Shown one piece after another: positions 53,799-64,000 of a stretch of 64,000 nucleotides of DNA. The notes under the pieces were generated by a model, which saw only the letters and a list, made by a program, of their open reading frames with translations, searched no databases and was not told where the DNA came from. The translations under genes and the position numbers were made by a program. This stretch comes from Eledone cirrhosa (lineage: Eukaryota): NCBI GenBank assembly GCA_964016885.1, contig OZ024742.1:168454001-168518000 (forward strand), in the 5' to 3' direction. Each line of letters begins with the position of its first letter. Positions within the stretch are counted from its first letter, which is position 1.

Positions 53799-56016
53799 AA
53801 TCATTAAAATCCCATTAAAAATACATTAAAGGCCCATTAAAAACGCCATAAAAAATCCATTAAAAAAATCCATTAAAAAAAAACTCAATCAAAAACACAT
53901 AAAAGAAACATTAAAACAGCATTTAAAAAATCCATTAAAAATCCATTAAAAAAAAATCCATTAAAAAAATCCATTAAAAATCCATTAAAAAAATCCATTT
54001 AAAAAAATCCATTAAAAAATCCATTAAAAACCCATTAAAAATCCATTAAAAATCCATTAAAAATCCATTAAAAAATCCATTTAAAAAACCCATTAAAAAA
54101 ATCCATTAAAAAATCCATTTAAAAATCCATTAAAAAAAATCCATTTAAAAAAACCCATTAAAAAAAATCCATTAAAAAAATCCATTTAAAAAATCCATAA
54201 AAAAAAATCCATAAAAAAAATCCATTAAAAAAAATCCATTAAAAAAAAAATCCGTTAAAAAAAATCCATTAAAAATCCATTAAAAATCCATTAAAAATCC
54301 ATTAAAAATCCATTAAAAATCCATTAAAAATCCATTAAAAATCCATTTAAAAAAATCCATTAAAAAAATCCATTAAAAAAATCCATTTAAAAAATCCATT
54401 AAAAAAAATCCATTAAAAAAAAATCCATTAAAAAAAATCCATTAAAAAAAATCAATTTAAAAAAATCCATTAAAAATCCATTAAAAAAATCCATTTAAAA
54501 AAATCCATTAAAAACCCATTAAAAATCCATTAAAAATCTATTAAAAAATCCATTTAAAAAAACCATTAAAAAAAATCCAATAAAAAAATCCATTTAAAAA
54601 ATCCATTAAAAAAAAATCCATTAAAAAAATCCATTTAAAAAATCCATTAAAAAAAATCCATTAAAAAAAACTCAATCAAAAACCCATAAAAGAAACATTA
54701 ACACAGCATTTAAAAAATCCATTAAAAATCCATTAAAAGAATCCATTTAAAAAATCCATTAAAAAATCCATTAAAAATCCATTAAAAATCCATTAAAAAA
54801 TCCATTTAAAAAAATCCATTAAAAAAATCCTTTAAAAAATCCATTTAAAAATCCATTTAAAAAATCCATTAAAAAAAATCCATTAAAAAAAACCATTAAA
54901 AAATCCATTTAAAAAAATCCATTAAAAAATCCATTAAAAAATCCATTTAAAAAATCCATTAAAAAAATCCATTAAAAAAAAATCCATTAAAAAAAAAATC
55001 CATTAAAAAAAATCAATTTAAAAAAATCCATTAAAAATCCATTAAAAAAATCCATTTAAAAAAATCCATTAAAAACCCATTAAAAACCCATTAAAAATCC
55101 ATTAAAAATCCATTAAAAAAACCCATTAAAAAAAATCCATTAAAAAAAATCCATTTAAAAAATCCATTAAAAAAAATCCATTAAAAAAACCCATTAAAAA
55201 AATCCATTAAAAAAATCCATTTAAAAAATCCATTAAAAAAAATTCATTAAAAAAAAATCCATAAAAAAATCCATTAAAAAAATCCATTTAAAAAAATCCA
55301 TTAAAAAAAATCCATTAAAAATCCATTAAAAAAATCCATTAAAAAAAATCCATTAAAAAATCCATTAAAAAACCCATTAAAAATCCATTAAAAATCCATT
55401 AAAAATCCATAAAAAATCCATTTAAAAAACCCATTAAAAAAATCCATTTAAAAAACCCATTAAAAAAAGCCATTAAAAAATCCATTTAAAAAATCCATTA
55501 AAAAAAATCCATTTAAAACAACCCATTAAAAAAAATCCATTAAAAAAAACCCATTAAAAAAAATCCATTAAAAAAATCCATTTAAAAAATCCATTAAAAA
55601 AAATCCATTAAAAAAAATCCATAAAAAAATCCATTAAAAAAATCCATTAAAAATCCATTAAAAAAAATCCATTTAAAAAAGCCATTAAAAAATCCATTAA
55701 AAATCCATTAAGAATCCATTTAAAAAACCCATTAAAAAATCCATTAAAAAAATCCATTTAAAAAATCCATTAAAAAAAATCCATTTAAAAAAACCCATTA
55801 AAAAAATCCATTAAAAAAATCCATTTAAAAAATCCATTAAAAAAAATCCATTAAAAAAATCCATAAAAAAAATCCATTAAAAAAAATCCATTAAAAAAAA
55901 ATCCGTTAAAAAAAATCCATTAAAAACTCAATCAAAAACCCAATTAAAAGGCCATAAAAGAAACATTAAAACAGCATTTAAAATACCATTAAAAACGCCA
56001 TAAAAAATCATTAAAA

Positions 56017-56073
56017 TTGTTTTTTATGAAATTTATAATATGGCTTTTAATGAATTTTTTAATGGGCTTTTAG
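56017..56073 (-). repeat. Inverted island, type B
   Basis: GAAT variant. Confidence 0.92.
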
Positions 56074-57522
56074 AATCATTAAAATCCCATTAAAAATACA
56101 TTAAAGGCCCATTAAAAACGCCATAAAAAATCCATTAAAAAAATCCATTAAAAAAAAACTCAATCAAAAACACATAAAAGAAACATTAAAACAGCATTTA
56201 AAAAATCCATTAAAAATCCATTAAAAAAAAATCCATTAAAAAAATCCATTAAAAATCCATTAAAAAAATCCATTTAAAAAAATCCATTAAAAAATCCATT
56301 AAAAACCCATTAAAAATCCATTAAAAATCCATTAAAAATCCATTAAAAAATCCATTTAAAAAACCCATTAAAAAAATCCATTAAAAAATCCATTTAAAAA
56401 TCCATTAAAAAAAATCCATTTAAAAAAACCCATTAAAAAAAATCCATTAAAAAAATCCATTTAAAAAATCCATAAAAAAAAATCCATAAAAAAAATCCAT
56501 TAAAAAAAATCCATTAAAAAAAAAATCCGTTAAAAAAAATCCATTAAAAATCCATTAAAAATCCATTAAAAATCCATTAAAAATCCATTAAAAATCCATT
56601 AAAAATCCATTAAAAATCCATTTAAAAAAATCCATTAAAAAAATCCATTAAAAAAATCCATTTAAAAAATCCATTAAAAAAAATCCATTAAAAAAAAATC
56701 CATTAAAAAAAATCCATTTAAAAAAATCAATTTAAAAAAATCCATTAAAAATCCATTAAAAAAATCCATTTAAAAAAATCCATTAAAAACCCATTAAAAA
56801 TCCATTAAAAATCTATTAAAAAATCCATTTAAAAAAACCATTAAAAAAAATCCAATAAAAAAATCCATTTAAAAAATCCATTAAAAAAAAATCCATTAAA
56901 AAAATCCATTTAAAAAATCCATTAAAAAAAATCCATTAAAAAAAACTCAATCAAAAACCCATAAAAGAAACATTAAAACAGCATTTAAAAAATCCATTAA
57001 AAATCCATTAAAAGAATCCATTTAAAAAATCCATTAAAAAATCCATTAAAAATCCATTAAAAATCCATTAAAAAATCCATTTAAAAAAATCCATTAAAAA
57101 AATCCTTTAAAAAATCCATTTAAAAATCCATTTAAAAAATCCATTAAAAAAAATCCATTAAAAAAAACCATTAAAAAATCCATTAAAAAAAATCCCATTA
57201 AAAATACATTAAAAATCCATTAAAAATCCATTAAAAAATCCATTAAAAATCCATTAAAAATCCATTAAAAATCCATTAAAAAATCCATTAAAAAAAATCC
57301 ATTAAAAAAATCCATTAAAAAATCCATTTAAAAAATCCATTTAAAAAAATCCATTAAAAAAAATCCATTAAAAAAAATCCATTAAAAAAAATCCATTAAA
57401 AAAAAAATCCGTTAAAAAAAATCCATTAAAAACTCAATCAAACACCCAATTAAAAGGCCATAAAAGAAACATTAAAACAGCATTTAAAATACCATTAAAA
57501 ACGCCATAAAAAATCATTAAAA

Positions 57523-57579
57523 TTGTTTTTTATGAAATTTATAATATGGCTTTTAATGAACTTTTTAATGGGCTTTTAG
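57523..57579 (-). repeat. Inverted island, type C
   Basis: 1506 bp after type B. Confidence 0.92.
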
Positions 57580-60370
57580 AATCATTAAAATCCCATTAAA
57601 AATACATTAAAGGCCCATTAAAAACGCCATAAAAAATCCATTAAAAAATATCCATTAAAAAAAAATTCAATCAAAAACCCATAAAAGAAACATTAAAACA
57701 GCATTTAAAAAACCCATTAAAAATTCATTTAAAAAATCCATTTAAAAAATCCATTAAAAATCCATTAAAAATCCATTAAAAATACATTAAAAATCCATTA
57801 AAAATCCATTAAAAATAATCCATTAAAAAAAAATTCAATCAAAAACCCATAAAAGAAACATTAAAACAGCATTTAAAAAATCCATTAAAAAAATCCATTT
57901 AAAAAAATCCATTAAAAAAGCCATTAAAAATCCATTAAAAATCCATTAAAAAAATCCATTAAAAAAAAATCCATTAAAAAAAATCCATTAAAAATCCATT
58001 AAAAAAATCCATTTAAAAAAATCCATTAAAAATCCATTAAAAACCCATTAAAAATCCATTAAAAATCCATTAAAAATCCATTAAAAAATCCATTTAAAAA
58101 ACCCATTAAAAAAATCCATTAAAAAATCCATTTAAAAATCCAGTAAAAAAAATCCATTTAAAAAAACCCATTAAAAAAAATCCATTAAAAAAATCCATTT
58201 AAAAAATCCATAAAAAAAAATCCATAAAAAAAATCCATTAAAAAAAATCCATTAAAAAAAAAATCCGTTAAAAAAAATCCATTAAAAATCCATTAAAAAT
58301 CCATTAAAAATCCATTAAAAATCCATTAAAAATCCATTTAAAAAAATCCATTAAAAAAATCCATTAAAAAAATCCATTTAAAAAATCCATTAAAAAAAAT
58401 CCATTAAAAAAAAATCCATTAAAAAAAATCCATTAAAAAAAATCAATTTAAAAAAATCCATTAAAAATCCATTAAAAAAATCCATTTAAAAAAATCCATT
58501 AAAAACCCATTAAAAATCCATTAAAAATCCATTAAAAAATCCATTTAAAAAAACCATTAAAAAAAATCCATTAAAAAAATCCATTTAAAAAATCCATTAA
58601 AAAAAAATCCATTAAAAAAAACCCATAAAAAAAAATCCATTAAAAAAATCCATTTAAAAAATCCATTAAAAAAAATCCATTAAAAAAAACTCAATCAAAA
58701 ACCCATAAAAGAAACATTAAAACAGCATTTAAAAAATCCATTAAAAATCCATTAAAAAAATCCATTTAAAAAATCCATTAAAAAATCCATTAAAAATCCA
58801 TTAAAAATCCATTAAAAAATCCATTTAAAAAAATCCATTGAAAAAATCCATTTAAAAAATCCATTAAAAAATCCATTTAAAAAATCCATTAAAAAAAATC
58901 CATTAAAAAAAACCATTAAAAAATCCATTAAAAAAAATCCCATTAAAAATACATTAAAGGCCCATTAAAAACGCCATAAAAAATCCATTAAAAAAATCCA
59001 TTAAAAAAAATCCATTAAAAAAAACTCAATCAAAAACCCATAAAAGAAACATTAACACAGCATTTAAAAAATCCATTAAAAATCCATTAAAAGAATCCAT
59101 TTAAAAAATCCATTAAAAAATCCATTAAAAATCCATTAAAAATCCATTAAAAAATCCATTTAAAAAAATCCATTAAAAAAATCCTTTAAAAAATCCATTT
59201 AAAAATCCATTTAAAAAATCCATTAAAAAAAATCCATTAAAAAAAACCATTAAAAAATCCATTTAAAAAAATCCATTAAAAAATCCATTAAAAAATCCAT
59301 TTAAAAAATCCATTAAAAAAATCCATTAAAAAAAAATCCATTAAAAAAAAAATCCATTAAAAAAAATCAATTTAAAAAAATCCATTAAAAATCCATTAAA
59401 AAAATCCATTTAAAAAAATCCATTAAAAACCCATTAAAAACCCATTAAAAATCCATTAAAAATCCATTAAAAAAACCCATTAAAAAAAATCCATTAAAAA
59501 AAATCCATTTAAAAAATCCATTAAAAAAAATCCATTAAAAAAACCCATTAAAAAAATCCATTAAAAAAATCCATTTAAAAAATCCATTAAAAAAAATTCA
59601 TTAAAAAAAAATCCATAAAAAAATCCATTAAAAAAATCCATTTAAAAAAATCCATTAAAAAAAATCCATTAAAAATCCATTAAAAAAATCCATTAAAAAA
59701 AATCCATTAAAAAATCCATTAAAAAACCCATTAAAAATCCATTAAAAATCCATTAAAAATCCATAAAAAATCCATTTAAAAAACCCATTAAAAAAATCCA
59801 TTTAAAAAACCCATTAAAAAAAGCCATTAAAAAATCCATTTAAAAAATCCATTAAAAAAAATCCATTTAAAACAACCCATTAAAAAAAATCCATTAAAAA
59901 AAACCCATTAAAAAAAATCCATTAAAAAAATCCATTTAAAAAATCCATTAAAAAAAATCCATTAAAAAAAATCCATAAAAAAATCCATTAAAAAAATCCA
60001 TTAAAAATCCATTAAAAAAAATCCATTTAAAAAAGCCATTAAAAAATCCATTAAAAATCCATTAAGAATCCATTTAAAAAACCCATTAAAAAATCCATTA
60101 AAAAAATCCATTTAAAAAATCCATTAAAAAAAATCCATTTAAAAAAACCCATTAAAAAAATCCATTAAAAAAATCCATTTAAAAAATCCATTAAAAAAAA
60201 TCCATTAAAAAAATCCATAAAAAAAATCCATTAAAAAAAATCCATTAAAAAAAAATCCGTTAAAAAAAATCCATTAAAAACTCAATCAAAAACCCAATTA
60301 AAAGGCCATAAAAGAAACATTAAAACAGCATTTAAAATACCATTAAAAACGCCATAAAAAATCATTAAAA

Positions 60371-60427
60371 TTGTTTTTTATGAAATTTATAATATGGCTT
60401 TTAATGAATTTTTTAATGGGCTTTTAG
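60371..60427 (-). repeat. Inverted island, type B
   Basis: GAAT variant. Confidence 0.92.
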
Positions 60428-61876
60428 AATCATTAAAATCCCATTAAAAATACATTAAAGGCCCATTAAAAACGCCATAAAAAATCCATTAAAAAAATCC
60501 ATTAAAAAAAAACTCAATCAAAAACACATAAAAGAAACATTAAAACAGCATTTAAAAAATCCATTAAAAATCCATTAAAAAAAAATCCATTAAAAAAATC
60601 CATTAAAAATCCATTAAAAAAATCCATTTAAAAAAATCCATTAAAAAATCCATTAAAAACCCATTAAAAATCCATTAAAAATCCATTAAAAATCCATTAA
60701 AAAATCCATTTAAAAAACCCATTAAAAAAATCCATTAAAAAATCCATTTAAAAATCCATTAAAAAAAATCCATTTAAAAAAACCCATTAAAAAAAATCCA
60801 TTAAAAAAATCCATTTAAAAAATCCATAAAAAAAAATCCATAAAAAAAATCCATTAAAAAAAATCCATTAAAAAAAAAATCCGTTAAAAAAAATCCATTA
60901 AAAATCCATTAAAAATCCATTAAAAATCCATTAAAAATCCATTAAAAATCCATTAAAAATCCATTAAAAATCCATTTAAAAAAATCCATTAAAAAAATCC
61001 ATTAAAAAAATCCATTTAAAAAATCCATTAAAAAAAATCCATTAAAAAAAAATCCATTAAAAAAAATCCATTTAAAAAAATCAATTTAAAAAAATCCATT
61101 AAAAATCCATTAAAAAAATCCATTTAAAAAAATCCATTAAAAACCCATTAAAAATCCATTAAAAATCTATTAAAAAATCCATTTAAAAAAACCATTAAAA
61201 AAAATCCAATAAAAAAATCCATTTAAAAAATCCATTAAAAAAAAATCCATTAAAAAAATCCATTTAAAAAATCCATTAAAAAAAATCCATTAAAAAAAAC
61301 TCAATCAAAAACCCATAAAAGAAACATTAAAACAGCATTTAAAAAATCCATTAAAAATCCATTAAAAGAATCCATTTAAAAAATCCATTAAAAAATCCAT
61401 TAAAAATCCATTAAAAATCCATTAAAAAATCCATTTAAAAAAATCCATTAAAAAAATCCTTTAAAAAATCCATTTAAAAATCCATTTAAAAAATCCATTA
61501 AAAAAAATCCATTAAAAAAAACCATTAAAAAATCCATTAAAAAAAATCCCATTAAAAATACATTAAAAATCCATTAAAAATCCATTAAAAAATCCATTAA
61601 AAATCCATTAAAAATCCATTAAAAATCCATTAAAAAATCCATTAAAAAAAATCCATTAAAAAAATCCATTAAAAAATCCATTTAAAAAATCCATTTAAAA
61701 AAATCCATTAAAAAAAATCCATTAAAAAAAATCCATTAAAAAAAATCCATTAAAAAAAAAATCCGTTAAAAAAAATCCATTAAAAACTCAATCAAACACC
61801 CAATTAAAAGGCCATAAAAGAAACATTAAAACAGCATTTAAAATACCATTAAAAACGCCATAAAAAATCATTAAAA

Positions 61877-61933
61877 TTGTTTTTTATGAAATTTATAATA
61901 TGGCTTTTAATGAACTTTTTAATGGGCTTTTAG
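61877..61933 (-). repeat. Inverted island, type C
   Basis: 1506 bp after type B. Confidence 0.92.
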
Positions 61934-63792
61934 AATCATTAAAATCCCATTAAAAATACATTAAAGGCCCATTAAAAACGCCATAAAAAATCCATTAAAA
62001 AATATCCATTAAAAAAAAATTCAATCAAAAACCCATAAAAGAAACATTAAAACAGCATTTAAAAAACCCATTAAAAATTCATTTAAAAAATCCATTTAAA
62101 AAATCCATTAAAAATCCATTAAAAATCCATTAAAAATACATTAAAAATCCATTAAAAATCCATTAAAAATAATCCATTAAAAAAAAATTCAATCAAAAAC
62201 CCATAAAAGAAACATTAAAACAGCATTTAAAAAATCCATTAAAAAAATCCATTTAAAAAAATCCATTAAAAAAGCCATTAAAAATCCATTAAAAATCCAT
62301 TAAAAAAATCCATTAAAAAAAAATCCATTAAAAAAAATCCATTAAAAATCCATTAAAAAAATCCATTTAAAAAAATCCATTAAAAATCCATTAAAAACCC
62401 ATTAAAAATCCATTAAAAATCCATTAAAAATCCATTAAAAAATCCATTTAAAAAACCCATTAAAAAAATCCATTAAAAAATCCATTTAAAAATCCAGTAA
62501 AAAAAATCCATTTAAAAAAACCCATTAAAAAAAATCCATTAAAAAAATCCATTTAAAAAATCCATAAAAAAAAATCCATAAAAAAAATCCATTAAAAAAA
62601 ATCCATTAAAAAAAAAATCCGTTAAAAAAAATCCATTAAAAATCCATTAAAAATCCATTAAAAATCCATTAAAAATCCATTAAAAATCCATTTAAAAAAA
62701 TCCATTAAAAAAATCCATTAAAAAAATCCATTTAAAAAATCCATTAAAAAAAATCCATTAAAAAAAAATCCATTAAAAAAAATCCATTAAAAAAAATCAA
62801 TTTAAAAAAATCCATTAAAAATCCATTAAAAAAATCCATTTAAAAAAATCCATTAAAAACCCATTAAAAATCCATTAAAAATCCATTAAAAAATCCATTT
62901 AAAAAAACCATTAAAAAAAATCCATTAAAAAAATCCATTTAAAAAATCCATTAAAAAAAAATCCATTAAAAAAAACCCATAAAAAAAAATCCATTAAAAA
63001 AATCCATTTAAAAAATCCATTAAAAAAAATCCATTAAAAAAAACTCAATCAAAAACCCATAAAAGAAACATTAAAACAGCATTTAAAAAATCCATTAAAA
63101 ATCCATTAAAAAAATCCATTTAAAAAATCCATTAAAAAATCCATTAAAAATCCATTAAAAATCCATTAAAAAATCCATTTAAAAAAATCCATTGAAAAAA
63201 TCCATTTAAAAAATCCATTAAAAAATCCATTTAAAAAATCCATTAAAAAAAATCCATTAAAAAAAACCATTAAAAAATCCATTAAAAAAAATCCCATTAA
63301 AAATACATTAAAGGCCCATTAAAAACGCCATAAAAAATCCATTAAAAAAATCCATTAAAAAAAAACTCAATCAAAAACCCATAAAAGAAACATTAAAACA
63401 GCATTTAAAAAATCCATTAAAAAAATCCATTTAAAAAAATCCATTAAAAAATCCATTAATAATCCATTAAAAATCCATTAAAAATCCATTAAAAATCCAT
63501 TAAAAAATCCATTAAAAATCCATTAAAAATCCATTAAAAATCCATTAAAAAATCCATTTAAAAAAATCCATTAAAAAAATCCATTAAAAAATCCATTTAA
63601 AAAATCCATTTAAAAAAATCCATTAAAAAAAATCCATTAAAAAAAAATCCATTAAAAAAAATCCATTAAAAAAAAAATCCGTTAAAAAAAATCCATTAAA
63701 AACTCAATCAAACACCCAATTAAAAGGCCATAAAAGAAACATTAAAACAGCATTTAAAATACCATTAAAAACGCCATAAAAAATCATTAAAA

Positions 63793-63849
63793 TTGTTTTT
63801 TATGAAATTTATAATATGGCTTTTAATGAACTTTTTAATGGGCTTTTAG
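63793..63849 (-). repeat. Inverted island, type C'
   Basis: 1916 bp after type C. Confidence 0.92.
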
Positions 63850-64000
63850 AATCATTAAAATCCCATTAAAAATACATTAAAGGCCATAAAAAATCCATTA
63901 AAAAAAATCCATTAAAAAAAAATTCAATCAAAAACCCATAAAAGAAACATTAAAACAGCATTTAAAAAACCCATTAAAAATTCATTAAAAAAATCCATTT

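Larger units (their letters stand above)
54640..63360 (+). repeat. Recent tandem duplication, period 4354 bp (2 copies)
   Basis: All checked landmarks are at offset exactly 4354: 54671/59025, private ATTAACACAG 54702/59056, private ATTAAGAATCC 55712/60066, islands 56017/60371 and 57523/61877, CGCCAT 58972/63326. Confidence 0.9.
1..64000 (+). repeat. Tandem satellite array, monomer TCCATT(A)4-10 (consensus minimal unit TCCATTAAAAA), runs off both window ends
   Basis: Motif is visible continuously from base 1 to 64000. Recurrent variants include TCCATTT, CCCATT, GCCATT, ACCATT, TCCAT, TTCATT, TCCGTT, TCTATT, TCAATTT and TCCAGT. The + strand is almost devoid of G. Confidence 0.99.

Noticed and set aside
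304-63960. CRISPR-like pattern of conserved ~41-57 bp units separated by variable sequence
   Set aside because: The intervening sequences are hundreds to thousands of bp of the same satellite, not unique 25-45 bp spacers. There is no leader and no cas gene.
1-64000. Protein-coding ORFs on either strand
   Set aside because: TTAA in nearly every monomer puts TAA on both strands, and the variable period cycles it through all frames. Under a TAA=Gln ciliate code the + strand would be largely open, but unconstrained frame-shifting tract lengths and low complexity argue against coding.
1-64000. Human HSat2/3 (CATTC)n identity because of the shared TCCATT
   Set aside because: HSat2/3 is a 5-bp-period repeat without long A-tracts; only a 6-mer is shared.
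1-64000. Homopolymer sequencing error as the source of A-tract variation
   Set aside because: Tract-length patterns and kb-scale spacings (1506, 1916, 576, 4354) are reproduced exactly between copies.
1-64000. G-quadruplex or i-motif potential
   Set aside because: Mostly GG/CC doublets separated by 9-14 nt of A/T; stable structures are unlikely.

Overview
The whole 64 kb window is one tandem satellite array. I found no supportable protein-coding gene, RNA gene, transposon or CRISPR array. The monomer is TCCATT followed by a variable A-tract (mostly A5-A10; minimal common unit TCCATTAAAAA, 11 bp; minus strand T(n)AATGGA), with roughly 5,000 copies estimated by eye. The array is layered: (1) young slippage-variable monomers; (2) older diverged islands that keep the 11-12 bp register; (3) 28 copies of a 57-bp inverted island, flanked by a 12-bp direct repeat, forming a ~68-nt hairpin with its right flank, plus 11 matching 'empty' sites; (4) a reconstructed ~6.3 kb higher-order repeat (HOR) reshuffled by deletions and duplications, including a near-exact 4,354-bp tandem duplication and an ~11.7 kb super-repeat. 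Eukaryotic centromeric, pericentromeric or subtelomeric heterochromatin is the most likely origin, but this is inference; organism and locus cannot be determined from the sequence. All counts and coordinates were read manually.
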